NCBI GenBank assembly: GCA_964475015.1
Contig: CAYYVA010000002.1
Location: forward strand, 26,221 to 90,220
Origin: an uncultured Muribaculaceae bacterium
GTDB taxonomy: Bacteria > Bacteroidota > Bacteroidia > Bacteroidales > UBA932
Length of the DNA stretch: 64,000 bases
Reading direction: 5' to 3'
Positions within the stretch are counted from its first letter, which is position 1; each line of letters begins with the position of its first letter. A program made the position numbers and the translations under genes. This document shows, in pieces, positions 21,149 through 31,040 of this stretch. The notes under the pieces were generated by a model. The model searched no databases. It was not told the DNA's origin and saw only the letters and a program-made list of their open reading frames with translations.

Positions 21149-22008
21149 TTGGCACCCAGTACTGTTTTGAATGACAGTTCAGCTGCTGCCGCATCAGGAA
21201 GGCATTCCAAGTGGTAGCAAGGGACTACTGCGAGTATTTCTGAGAGAGTACAGCTGATATGCGAGTAGATCCTTTCGTCATAGGCAAATTCTGGCGGGCA
21301 GGATGGATGCAGGGCAGCAAATCCTTTTATTACGTGCAGTTTCTGAATCTTATTATATGGTGCCTGGGACAGCCTCACACACCCTGTCAAAGGGTATCTT
21401 TCCGGCCTGTAGCAAGGTGTCTTGCCGCTCCAGGGGCTTCCATAAGCCCAAGGAGTACCATCTATTACACGTACAATTGGGCTGTCATCATTCAAAAGGG
21501 AGGCTCCCGGGATATTCTCTCTCCATAATCTCGTATGTGTGCTTTTTCCCGTTCCGCTTTCCCCAAGGAAAATTACCGCCCTGCCATCAGAAACAATGCA
21601 GCTGCTGTGGATTGCCACCGTACCGTGCCTGTAGGTCATAAGCCCGAAACCCACCCAAAGGGCAAACCTTACAAGCCTTACAGAGAGGTTCCCGTGCAGA
21701 AATACCTTGTCATCACCCTCATTGCACCAAAGGAGGAGCTGCTCCTCATCAGCCGGCTTCTGCCTGAGGAAAAAGCCGGTGGAAGTGATTCCAAACTCTC
21801 CGAGCACATCCTCAAATTCAAATGAATATTGCACCCCGGCAAGTTTTGGCAATTCCCCGGAATAGTAAAAAGAAAACTCCTCTGAGGCTTCCTGCCGGGC
21901 AAATGGCCTGAATCCTGCAATGGAATCAAGCACACCGCACAATTCTGTTCCATGCACGGCAAATTCATGGTCTGCAATCCTATATCTTCTCGTCTCCATT
22001 CTCCTCAA
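21145..22008 (-). CDS. HPr-kinase-like / PEPCK-like P-loop protein
   Basis: 287 aa with the P-loop FLGESGTGKSTHT followed by LLNDD, resembling the HprK C-terminal domain. Confidence 0.55.
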   Translation of the reverse strand: MRRMETRRYRIADHEFAVHGTELCGVLDSIAGFRPFARQEASEEFSFYYSGELPKLAGVQYSFEFEDVLGEFGITSTGFFLRQKPADEEQLLLWCNEGDDKVFLHGNLSVRLVRFALWVGFGLMTYRHGTVAIHSSCIVSDGRAVIFLGESGTGKSTHTRLWRENIPGASLLNDDSPIVRVIDGTPWAYGSPWSGKTPCYRPERYPLTGCVRLSQAPYNKIQKLHVIKGFAALHPSCPPEFAYDERIYSHISCTLSEILAVVPCYHLECLPDAAAAELSFKTVLGAK

Positions 22009-23617
22009 GATTTATTATCCTGCTGCAATAAGAGAGGGTACTCTCCCTGTGGGCAATTGAAAGTATTGTAAGCCCCTCACACTCATCCCTCAATTTATCC
22101 AGCATCATATTAATTTCCTTTTCAGTTGCATTATCCAATGCGGAGGTGGCCTCATCCAGCAGAAGCACAGATGCCCCCTTGTACAGGGCCCTTGCTATCC
22201 CAATCCTCTGCTTTTGTCCTCCCGACAGCTTGCCGCCCGATTCCCCCAGGGTTGCATCAATTCCCCCCTCAAGGGAAGCTGCCCAATCCTTCAGGGAAAC
22301 CATTTCAAGGATCTTGTGGATCCTGGCCCTGTCGAGAAGAGGATATCCCAAAGCAATGTTTTCTGCGAGGGTGCCATTGAAGATGAAGACCTCCTGCGGA
22401 ACATAACCGATCTGGGAGAGCCATGATTTCCTGTTGCCGGGATGCAAAGGGGTGTCATCTACCAGAACTTCACCGGTTGAGGGCTTAAGGAATCCCAGGA
22501 TAAGGTTGAAGAGGGTTGTCTTGCCAACTCCGCTGTATCCGCTGAAGCCCACATATTCCCCCTTGTCTATGGTAAAGTCTGCAAATTCAATAGGCTGGTC
22601 ATTATATTTGAAGGTTAGTCCCCTACCCTTTATGCAGGTATTGAAACTTAACTTTTCCTCATCTGGTTCTGCCTGGTCCGATACTTCCCTCATCCCCTCC
22701 TCAATGGTCTCCAGGGAAGGCAATGAATTCTGGATCTGTGTGTAACCTCCAAGGATACCCCTCACTGCCGGGAGGAGCCTGAAGGCAGCAACTGCAAAAA
22801 GGCCAATGAGCATGCCGGCATTATTGCCGCCCATAATTACCATAACGGCCAGACCTATTATCACTGCAGCCTCTGAGAGGAATATGGGAAATTTCTGGAT
22901 TGTGATAATCTTTATCCTGTTCTCGCTCACTTTATCAACCCCTTCAAGGAAACTCTTCTGTAGCTGCGGGAATGCACCGTTTACCTCAAGTTCCTGGTAT
23001 CCGCGGAAAGTGTCGGCCACAATTCTGGCCTGTTGTCTCTTTGCATGAAATTCTTCCCTGCCATATTCAGCGGCCTTGTTCCTGATGAAAAAGATGTAGA
23101 ATACAATGAATGGGATGAAGCAGATGTAGAGCACCGCTATTGTCCTCCAGTCATAGATGAGCAGGGCTATTGAGACCAGAATTATCAGGAGACCGTCGCC
23201 TGCCATTCTGAGCATTGGGGAAAGGATTCCCTCGCTGAAAGTGTAGGACATATAGTTTACGGCATGCCCCAGGTTACTGTAGCCCTGTTCCCTGATGTAC
23301 AGGAGACCGTTGTTGTAATACCTGAAGTAGAGGCTGAAGCTCAGTCTCTTGTATAGGGAAAGAAGATATCTGCTCTGGTATCTGCCGAACAAAGTTGAAA
23401 GGAGGCTCTTGATTACTATTACAGTAAAGGCAAATATTGCAAAATAAACTGCAGCCTTTCTATTTTCTCCCCCTTCAAGGAGATAATATAGGACCGGGAG
23501 CAATGAGGCCAGACCAATGAAATCAAGCAGGGAATTGATGAAGACAGTGCATGCCACTTTCAACCCCTTCTTCTTTTCACTGGGAAGCAAAAGATTTATG
23601 ATTCTACGGTATATCAT
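21980..23617 (-). CDS. ABC exporter, fused permease and ATPase
   Basis: Start moved to MIYRRIINLL (ATG 23617-23615, forming an ATGA overlap with the upstream stop). Walker A is GYSGVGKTT, the signature is LSGGQKQR and Walker B is LLLDEATSALD. Confidence 0.85.
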   Translation of the reverse strand: MIYRRIINLLLPSEKKKGLKVACTVFINSLLDFIGLASLLPVLYYLLEGGENRKAAVYFAIFAFTVIVIKSLLSTLFGRYQSRYLLSLYKRLSFSLYFRYYNNGLLYIREQGYSNLGHAVNYMSYTFSEGILSPMLRMAGDGLLIILVSIALLIYDWRTIAVLYICFIPFIVFYIFFIRNKAAEYGREEFHAKRQQARIVADTFRGYQELEVNGAFPQLQKSFLEGVDKVSENRIKIITIQKFPIFLSEAAVIIGLAVMVIMGGNNAGMLIGLFAVAAFRLLPAVRGILGGYTQIQNSLPSLETIEEGMREVSDQAEPDEEKLSFNTCIKGRGLTFKYNDQPIEFADFTIDKGEYVGFSGYSGVGKTTLFNLILGFLKPSTGEVLVDDTPLHPGNRKSWLSQIGYVPQEVFIFNGTLAENIALGYPLLDRARIHKILEMVSLKDWAASLEGGIDATLGESGGKLSGGQKQRIGIARALYKGASVLLLDEATSALDNATEKEINMMLDKLRDECEGLTILSIAHRESTLSYCSRIINLEENGDEKI

Positions 23618-24735
23618 TTCTCTCCACGGGTAAGGATTGTTGCAGGAAATCTCAGATGCCAGATTATTGACTGGCGGAGCAGGTACCACCTTGAGGCTCC
23701 GAGGGTATATTCTCGGAGTCTGCTTGAATGTATAACCCTTATGAACTTGTAGAATACTACAGCTATAGGGTTACTGTAAGGAACTTTTGTCTTGTATTTG
23801 GGATGTAACATCTCCTGGAGCATAAGCTCTGAAAGCTCCTTATAATCCTGCGGCAGCCTGCTTATGTCCACATCTGTACCCAGATACTTGTTGCATAGGT
23901 GTGTGAATGCTGCAATTGACCTGAGGAAGGACGGTTCTGTAATTTCATCGGGAAGATGAATGCCGTTCCTCTTGATATGGTTTGCCCAATCATACAGATG
24001 ATGCAGGGCCAACCCGGCTCCAAAATGCTGGAATGAGTGGTAAGCCAGGAATAGTGTGTTGAACCTTGCAGATGGTACAGGTATGCTGCACTCCCCATCC
24101 AGAAGGGTTGCCTTCTGTGGCTCAAGCACCTTGAAGAGGATATTATTGAGCTGGGTGAGGAATTTGGGATTTACCTCAATGTTTACAAACCATTTGTGAT
24201 TCTCAACCGGTATCCCCTTGAAATAGAAATTGCTGTGCTTCTCAGAATGGCTGTAATCAACCTCAATCCCCTGCTGGGCCATAAGCTCGTTGGCAAGCTT
24301 GTTCGCATAGTCATGGGACATTTTTGAGATGTCTGCAGAGTATGTGTAGATATCAATGTCTCCCCCTTCCCTATGAGACGGCTTGTTATAGGAAGATGCC
24401 AGCCCAACACCCTTCATCTGCACCACTTCTATTCCATTCTTCTGATAGAAATCCAATAGCTCTGCAGCTGTCCTGCAATACCTTTGGTGCTTAGCCTCAT
24501 ACTTCTCCACATTCAATGCCCACTGGAACTTCAGCTGCTTGGACGGATGCAGTTCCTTGGGGAGAAGCATCAGACCGTCCCAAGCAAGCGCCAGCACCCC
24601 ATGCCTTGCCGCAGTATCATAGCATTCCTGCCATTCTGCAGGTGTTGCCTGCCGGAAACAATCCTGCTGCGGCACCTCATTGTGCAGGGATCCCTTCAAG
24701 AGGGCAAACAATATTAGATCTCCTTTTACAAGCAT
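23614..24735 (-). CDS. nucleotidyltransferase family protein (PF14907-like 'uncharacterised NTase')
   Basis: 373 aa with ...MKGVGLASSY..PSHREGGDIDIYTY..., the typical GD[IL]D motif of this family. Confidence 0.6.
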   Translation of the reverse strand: MLVKGDLILFALLKGSLHNEVPQQDCFRQATPAEWQECYDTAARHGVLALAWDGLMLLPKELHPSKQLKFQWALNVEKYEAKHQRYCRTAAELLDFYQKNGIEVVQMKGVGLASSYNKPSHREGGDIDIYTYSADISKMSHDYANKLANELMAQQGIEVDYSHSEKHSNFYFKGIPVENHKWFVNIEVNPKFLTQLNNILFKVLEPQKATLLDGECSIPVPSARFNTLFLAYHSFQHFGAGLALHHLYDWANHIKRNGIHLPDEITEPSFLRSIAAFTHLCNKYLGTDVDISRLPQDYKELSELMLQEMLHPKYKTKVPYSNPIAVVFYKFIRVIHSSRLREYTLGASRWYLLRQSIIWHLRFPATILTRGEK

Positions 24736-24755
24736 GGATTACAATCAATTGTATG

Positions 24756-24763
24756 CAAATATA
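24756..24763 (-). promoter_or_regulatory. candidate internal -7 box TATATTTG between btuB-like and the NTase gene
   Basis: The minus strand reads TATATTTG, 20 nt upstream of the ATG at 24735. Confidence 0.35.
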
Positions 24764-24770
24764 GTAACAA

Positions 24771-26840
24771 TCATCTGAACTTCGGCTTCACCCCTATGAA
24801 CAGTTCGAAATTTGTTCCCGGCATGGGACGGCTCAGTACAGAAAGATAATCTTCGTCAAAGAGGTTGTTCACCGTACCCTTGAGGGATATTTCAGCAAAA
24901 CTGAAATCCAGAATCCTTTCCAGTGTGATGTTGCTCATATAGTAGCTTGGCAATTTGCCAGAGAGGGAAATGTCGTTGCTGGACATTGTGTATCTGGGGC
25001 TGTAATGGCACCATTTATAAAGGAATGACCAGTTTCTCCAGTATAGTCTGCCGTTTACAGTTGCCGAATACTCAGGTACATACGGGAGTTGTTTACCTAC
25101 AGATTTGTCTGCAGGGCTAACAGGTTCCCCCTCGTTGATTGAAGGTGTCCAGGAGAGGGTTCCCTGAAGATCAAGCTTCCACTGTGGAGAAAACACAACA
25201 GAAAATTCACCGTTCCCTTCCACACCGTAGGCATGTACCCTCTTGATATTGCGGGGTGAGAAGAATCCTTTGGTTGTCGGGAGCCATATAATCCAGTTAT
25301 CTATGTATGAATCAAACCAGGAGGCTCCGGCTTTTATGGCACACTTCTCCCCCATTTTCACCTCCATGCTCAGGCCAGCATCATAAGTAAACCCCTCCTC
25401 TGGCTTCAGCTGCGGGTTACCTCCTGGAAGGAAGTACATATCATTAAGGGTTGGATAGCGGTAGTTACTTGAAACTGAAGCTTTTGCCACAAGATTCAGT
25501 TTTTCAGAAAGAACTCCATCAAGGAATAGTGCCGGAATTAGTGGTGTCCACACCTCCCCATACATCTCCTCCCTCAGCACAACAGATACCCCAATCCTCT
25601 CCAAAGGGCGCCATTTTGCAGATATGCTTCCCGACAGTTCCACTCTTCCCTTGTCATACCCAACTACAGCCTTGTTCCCCTCCTGCAGGATAATGTTCTT
25701 GTCTGCACTCTCCACAAAATGTTGGTGAAGGGAGAGATTCCCCGTAAAATACCACTCCTTCTTGGGTGTATATTCGCCGTTTACCTGCCCGTAGATGGTA
25801 TTCACCTTACTCCTGGAACGGGTCATTGGGGTAAGGATTCCATTACCGGCATCCCTTTTATAATCATAAGCCATCCAGGTATTTATATACCCTGCCTTGG
25901 CTCCTCCTTTCCATTTTTCTGCAAAATGGTCCCAGGTGAGGATACTCCTGAGAGTATGCTCTCGCTGCCGGTTCTCAAAATCTGTATCCTCAGCATAATC
26001 TGTAGTGAGCATCGCCAATTCCCTGTTGGAATTTATATACCACAGGTTCATCCCAAAGCGGTCCCCTTTACCGGTATTGTAATAGGCCTCCTGCAGGAAA
26101 TGCATATCCTTATAGGCCCCGCTGCGGTTCCTCTCCACCGGATAGTACTGCCCAACCAGCTTGTTGTCCTCATATATGTTCTCCTTTTTATCATGGTTAA
26201 TATACTTATAGTCATTTGGAGATGAAGAATATACAAACCTGGTAGATGTCTGCCACCTCTCATTTCCCCAGCTGAGCCTCAGGAACTCATCATAGGTGCT
26301 GAACGAGCCTATTCCTTGAATATACTGTAGTCCGAACCCCTCCTGCTGTGCAGGTTTTGTGGAGAGCTTGATGGCACCGCCGAGCCCTCCTCCAGTTTCG
26401 TTTACGGAAGAGGTTCCATGCAGCAGCTGGGCATCATCAATGAAATAGGAAGGTATGGTTGAAAAATCAGTCATTCCCAGCATGGGACTGTTGATTTTCA
26501 TGTCATTCCATGTAACCTGGGTATGTGAAGGGGATGTACCCCTGAAAGAAACTGTTGAGAGGGTTGCCCTGCCATAGCTTTTAACAAATACCGGAGCATT
26601 GTAGGTGAGTACATCTGCCATTGAGAGTGAAATGTTCTCCTTTAGCTCCAGAGAATCAAAGGCTGTCTTCTGTATACCTATCTCCTTCATTGGGCGCTTG
26701 GCAACCACACTCACCTCATCTAACCTGAAGTGCCATTTATGGGTTGTATCCCTCTCCTGGGCAAATATTCCTCTTCCCGACAAGATTATGAGCATTGCCA
26801 ACAAAAACTGTCGGGATACTGATGTACAAATATATTTCAT
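24771..26840 (-). CDS. btuB: TonB-dependent receptor, BtuB-like
   Basis: Start at MKYICTS (ATG 26840). It has plug and barrel regions and a terminal F. It is the fourth gene behind a cobalamin riboswitch and is adjacent to a beta-propeller lipoprotein, as in Bacteroides B12 loci. Confidence 0.7.
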   Translation of the reverse strand: MKYICTSVSRQFLLAMLIILSGRGIFAQERDTTHKWHFRLDEVSVVAKRPMKEIGIQKTAFDSLELKENISLSMADVLTYNAPVFVKSYGRATLSTVSFRGTSPSHTQVTWNDMKINSPMLGMTDFSTIPSYFIDDAQLLHGTSSVNETGGGLGGAIKLSTKPAQQEGFGLQYIQGIGSFSTYDEFLRLSWGNERWQTSTRFVYSSSPNDYKYINHDKKENIYEDNKLVGQYYPVERNRSGAYKDMHFLQEAYYNTGKGDRFGMNLWYINSNRELAMLTTDYAEDTDFENRQREHTLRSILTWDHFAEKWKGGAKAGYINTWMAYDYKRDAGNGILTPMTRSRSKVNTIYGQVNGEYTPKKEWYFTGNLSLHQHFVESADKNIILQEGNKAVVGYDKGRVELSGSISAKWRPLERIGVSVVLREEMYGEVWTPLIPALFLDGVLSEKLNLVAKASVSSNYRYPTLNDMYFLPGGNPQLKPEEGFTYDAGLSMEVKMGEKCAIKAGASWFDSYIDNWIIWLPTTKGFFSPRNIKRVHAYGVEGNGEFSVVFSPQWKLDLQGTLSWTPSINEGEPVSPADKSVGKQLPYVPEYSATVNGRLYWRNWSFLYKWCHYSPRYTMSSNDISLSGKLPSYYMSNITLERILDFSFAEISLKGTVNNLFDEDYLSVLSRPMPGTNFELFIGVKPKFR

Positions 26841-26853
26841 GATTCTGATCAAA

Positions 26854-27927
26854 TTATTTCCAGCAGAATGCACCTGGAATAATACCTACATAAAAACTGT
26901 CAAGCTTCTCCCCTTTTGCAGAGTATCTGAGAATCATCCCCTGCTGCTGATAATCAATGGCATCTGCAATATACACATCTCCATTATAAGGGGAAACTGT
27001 AAGGCCGTAATAGATAGTGCCTGCCGCATTGAGGAAAGGCTCATCAGGAAGATTCTCAGCATCAACTGACATCTCCCAGATATCATCATTTATCCAGTAG
27101 AGCATGCTCCTGTCTCCGTTGAGCTGAACCTCAGAAGGTGCATCCCCGAACTTGAACCTGAACTGCTTCTCAATAGTGAATGTTTCTGCATCAATGCAGT
27201 ACAGGGAGGGTGCTTCATGGCCATAAGGGCTTCCCTCATAGCCGCCGTCTGTAACTGTCCACATCTTGTTGTTCTTATCCAGTACAAGGGAGGTTGGCTG
27301 TATTCCCACAACAAGTTCATCTGCAACAGTATCAGTTTCAGTATCAATCTTTAGTATCCTGTTCTGGTATGACCAGCAGTTTACATAAACATATTTCCCG
27401 TACTGTACCATCTGTTCCGTGGATCCCTGCTCCATTGTCATGTTGGGGCATTGGATATAGCCGGTAATCTGGAAAGTCATTGGATTGATAATAAATATCC
27501 TGTTGTCCCAGATCTGGGTGACATACGCCTTTTCATCTGAGAGGAAATGGATATATCTCGGCGAGGTGAAATTGGTAATCCTTCCAATTTCCTTGCAGGT
27601 ATTTATATCTACTGCAAATATCACATGGGAATTGTTAACCACAATCCATCCTATGGAATCCCTTATGGACATGGACTGCGCCACATCTCCCAGCTTCATC
27701 TGGTTGACACGGTAAAACACCTCATTTTCAATGGTTTTATCATCGGGATTATAAAAAGAGAGGGTAGCATTTCCATACTGGAAATTTCCCTCATTGGTAA
27801 TGTAAAGGCCATGGGGAGGGAAATCAATTCTTTCCTGTTCTCCCAAGTCCCATTTCATGCAAGCAGTTGCTCCAGCCAACAGGAGCAACTGCAGAACATA
27901 CTTAAAAATAACCAATATTATATGCAT
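26854..27927 (-). CDS. YncE-like beta-propeller lipoprotein, BtuG-like candidate
   Basis: 357 aa with a lipobox LLLAGATAC and repeated propeller-like blades. It sits immediately upstream of the btuB-like gene. Confidence 0.5.
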   Translation of the reverse strand: MHIILVIFKYVLQLLLLAGATACMKWDLGEQERIDFPPHGLYITNEGNFQYGNATLSFYNPDDKTIENEVFYRVNQMKLGDVAQSMSIRDSIGWIVVNNSHVIFAVDINTCKEIGRITNFTSPRYIHFLSDEKAYVTQIWDNRIFIINPMTFQITGYIQCPNMTMEQGSTEQMVQYGKYVYVNCWSYQNRILKIDTETDTVADELVVGIQPTSLVLDKNNKMWTVTDGGYEGSPYGHEAPSLYCIDAETFTIEKQFRFKFGDAPSEVQLNGDRSMLYWINDDIWEMSVDAENLPDEPFLNAAGTIYYGLTVSPYNGDVYIADAIDYQQQGMILRYSAKGEKLDSFYVGIIPGAFCWK

Positions 27928-28883
27928 CAGTTGGCTTGATTTAACATACTGTAATCATAAAATCCGAATACCTCAGTTGAGTTCTCTCCCAACCAGCCGC
28001 TCTTTGTATTGAGGGCTGTCTGAACCTTTATGAAATCAACGAACTTCAGTTCAACCACATTTCCATTTGAATCTGTAGCATTTGAAAAATCAAGGAAATT
28101 ACATGACCTGAGTTCCTCTGAGGTACCGCTGTAAAAATCAGTAGGGCTATAGTTATCTGCATAACCCCAGTCATACTCCGGCTGTACCCAATATGTGCCG
28201 TTTCCAGACTGGTCATAATTCATGGCATGAAGGCAGGTGCCTTTCAAGGTATAGCTGTCCTCCTTTATCCATAACGGATAATAATACTCCTGGTTGTGAT
28301 AGGTTTTCAGATAGTCTATCTCACCACTGGCACCCGTATTATCAGTCCATTGTACAGGCATTCCGGGCCCTGACGGCCTGTAATAGGTAACCTCATAGTT
28401 TTGGATTGTCCCTTCGTTGCCTGTCTCACACCCCTTAAGTTCATACCAGGTGTCGTCGGGAAGGGAATTGCCGTTTTCATCCTGCATTACCCATACAATT
28501 CCCGGCTCAGAAGAGCCCTTGAAAGAGTTGCCCCTTATTGCAAGGTCATAGCCGGGAACATTATCTATGCTGTGGTCAAACCCAACTGTAAGATACCCTC
28601 CAAAACCTCCAAGAGAAACGAACAGATTGTCCTGCATCCTTTTGTGTGCATAATCTGCCGCCGCCTGGGGAGTTGTCTCATTTCCTGTAAAACCACCTGT
28701 CTTTGTTTCATTGATAAACTGCCCCGGAGCAGGCATATACTCATAAACCTTGTTCCACGCAGCTTGAGAAGTTTCAGTCTTGGCCCTGTAAAAATCATCT
28801 ACAGTGGTACCGATCACCTCATCCTTGTTACAGGATGAGGCAACCAATACTACCGCCATCATATATAAAAATTGTTTTTTCAT
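27927..28883 (-). CDS. cell-surface lipoprotein of B12 locus
   Basis: Start at MKKQFLYMMAVVLVASSC (lipobox), ATG at 28883. There is a 1-nt overlap with the downstream start. Confidence 0.5.
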   Translation of the reverse strand: MKKQFLYMMAVVLVASSCNKDEVIGTTVDDFYRAKTETSQAAWNKVYEYMPAPGQFINETKTGGFTGNETTPQAAADYAHKRMQDNLFVSLGGFGGYLTVGFDHSIDNVPGYDLAIRGNSFKGSSEPGIVWVMQDENGNSLPDDTWYELKGCETGNEGTIQNYEVTYYRPSGPGMPVQWTDNTGASGEIDYLKTYHNQEYYYPLWIKEDSYTLKGTCLHAMNYDQSGNGTYWVQPEYDWGYADNYSPTDFYSGTSEELRSCNFLDFSNATDSNGNVVELKFVDFIKVQTALNTKSGWLGENSTEVFGFYDYSMLNQAN

Positions 28884-28896
28884 CTGATATGAATTG

Positions 28897-30486
28897 TTAG
28901 AAACGGACAGCGAGGTCATCATACGCAAAATATGAAGGTTGGCTATATCCATAGCTATTATCACTAGTACCTAGGATGTTGAATTCAACCTTTACAACCG
29001 CTCCCAGACTGCTCAAATCCCATTTTGTCCATTCTGTGACAATGTTGTCAGGGCCATTGCACAGATAGATATCACAGGTTGTTGCATTACCATCCAGATC
29101 GTAACCGGTTGCGGTGACCTTACTCCAATCATTAGGTCCAATCTTGACGGTAAGGCCATTACCATCCATATAGCAGCTGATTGCATAACATGAATTGTTT
29201 ACGTACATATGGTCAATCACTCTTTCAACATTATCTTTAAAATAAATGTATGGAAGCACTTCTGTCTTATTATAGTCTGAACCATCAATATAGCCATAGT
29301 GGATTCCAAAGTTTTTAGAATTGCCATTTCCACCGGTCAGAGTTTCTCCATACACTTCACCGGTTCCATAGACACACTGCTGATGCTCATAGGTGCCATA
29401 TGTAGTATAATCTTCAGATGCATAATGAGATACTATATGACCTCCTCCCCAATACACTCTTGAACCATAGTTTACAGGGAACTCTGAGGCAATGAATGTA
29501 TTATTGTAATCATACCAATTATAATCACAACCTCTCATTTCACCATTGAATCCCATATCTCCATATGTAAGCGGCCCTCCATATTCAGGAGAATCAATCA
29601 AAGCAGTCCAAACTGAAACGAAGTGGTCATAATATGAATCTGTAGAGCTTTCATATCCTGTAATTGAATACCTGTCAAACATTGTATGGTTATCTTCAAA
29701 TGTAAGGGTACGGAGTACATATTCTTTCAGAGCAACACCTGAAAGGTCTGCATCTATCTTATATGTCTTTCCGGCTTCAAGTGTCTTTGAAGAGAGTGTC
29801 TGCTCGTAATATCTTGTATCATTACCAATTGCAAACTGATATGTGACCGTTGCACTTGATACGGTTCCAGGATATACAACCATGACTGCGTCAGCTCCGG
29901 TTGTAGGTGATGAGATGTTGGTCTTGAGCTCTATAATGCTCCTTCCGTCAGTAACTGTAAAACCTGAACCGCCAAAAGTGGCGCTTCCTGCAATTATGTC
30001 TTTACCTGAATGAATCCTGATTGATTTAAGGACAGCACCGGATGGGAGTGACTTTAAATTGAACCAAATATATGCAGTAGCATGATTCAATACAAAAGTG
30101 CCGTCTTGAATCTCTGCATATCCAAAATCACCATTCTCACCCAAAGATTTTGATGCATCCTGCACCACAGGAATCCAGGCAGCAGTTGGTGATTCACCGG
30201 TCATATTATAATATACTGTACCTGCCGGCTCAGATGTGAATGTGAATGTTGCACCGCCATGAGAATGAATTTCAGCAGCAGAACTCTCTTTAGTTCCGCT
30301 CCATATCTTGTCTCCTTCACTCCATACAAATGGTATAGAGTTGGCTCCTGGAGTGCCAAAATCTGTTTTTGTTAGGGTATTTGAATAACCTGTAATGGTA
30401 TAACTGTCGGGAAGAATGATTGACTCTTCTTTGGTGCAGCCCATAAGAATTAGAGCAAGCGCCAAAACAAATAATATCTTTTTCAT
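28897..30486 (-). CDS. surface lipoprotein with a DUF4465-like C-terminal domain, BtuH-like candidate
   Basis: 529 aa with lipobox LILMGC. The C-terminal pattern LTFED...YW.GG...W.KWDLSSLGAVVKVEFNILGTSDNSYGYSQPSYFAYDDLAV is DUF4465-like. It is the first gene after the riboswitch. Confidence 0.5.
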   Translation of the reverse strand: MKKILFVLALALILMGCTKEESIILPDSYTITGYSNTLTKTDFGTPGANSIPFVWSEGDKIWSGTKESSAAEIHSHGGATFTFTSEPAGTVYYNMTGESPTAAWIPVVQDASKSLGENGDFGYAEIQDGTFVLNHATAYIWFNLKSLPSGAVLKSIRIHSGKDIIAGSATFGGSGFTVTDGRSIIELKTNISSPTTGADAVMVVYPGTVSSATVTYQFAIGNDTRYYEQTLSSKTLEAGKTYKIDADLSGVALKEYVLRTLTFEDNHTMFDRYSITGYESSTDSYYDHFVSVWTALIDSPEYGGPLTYGDMGFNGEMRGCDYNWYDYNNTFIASEFPVNYGSRVYWGGGHIVSHYASEDYTTYGTYEHQQCVYGTGEVYGETLTGGNGNSKNFGIHYGYIDGSDYNKTEVLPYIYFKDNVERVIDHMYVNNSCYAISCYMDGNGLTVKIGPNDWSKVTATGYDLDGNATTCDIYLCNGPDNIVTEWTKWDLSSLGAVVKVEFNILGTSDNSYGYSQPSYFAYDDLAVRF

Positions 30487-30625
30487 GATTCTGATTGTTA
30501 AGTTATTGAATAATGGCCCATGGATCTAAAGGTGATACACCTGATCCGCCGCTTGTTGCAAATCCTTTTTCAACTTCAATTTCAATTACCTAAACTTCAG
30601 GTTGTACATAGATTGGTTTTTCCAT

Positions 30626-30688
30626 AAAAAAACGTGTTTTAAGTTGTTAATGTTACCTGAACCGGGGTACAGTAAAACTCAAAACACG
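30626..30688 (-). terminator. riboswitch expression-platform terminator
   Basis: On the minus strand: stem cgtgttttgagtt / aacttaaaacacg (1 mismatch) followed by U7. Confidence 0.5.
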
Positions 30689-30852
30689 CCTTTACGGATA
30701 CTTATATGCTTAGTAAGAATGTAGGAAAAGTCAATTGTAAATGATACAATACGACAAGCCGGCTGACCTACTCTCCTCTCTGCAATTTGTAATACGGATA
30801 AAAACTGTTTTGATTTTCACCCGTAACCTGCAGGCTCAATCGTATAATGCAA

Positions 30853-31032
30853 AGTGGCAGGTCTTCTGACTTATTCCATTTGCCGAGCCTTCCCAGCGCC
30901 AAGCGCCAGTGGCAAAGAGTCCGGCAAATTCAAATTCCTTGAGGAATGGAATTCACAGCAACAGGTATTGTCCCGGATTCACACCGGATTCCCTATTCTC
31001 CCGCTGGAGAGTAATGCTCCATTAGGAACCAT
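30853..31032 (-). promoter_or_regulatory. cobalamin (B12) riboswitch
   Basis: The minus strand reads ...AATAGGGAATCCGGTGTGAATCCGGGAC...GCCACTG...GGGAAGGC...AGTCAGAAGACCTGCCA. These are the conserved core and B12-box of the cobalamin riboswitch class. Confidence 0.85.
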
Positions 31033-31040
31033 TTGCAATG

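Noticed and set aside
20684-24735. Interpreting the module as a lasso-peptide cluster
   Set aside because: The two defining enzymes, the Asn-synthetase-like cyclase and the transglutaminase-like leader protease, are absent from the window, and no lasso-type precursor was found.
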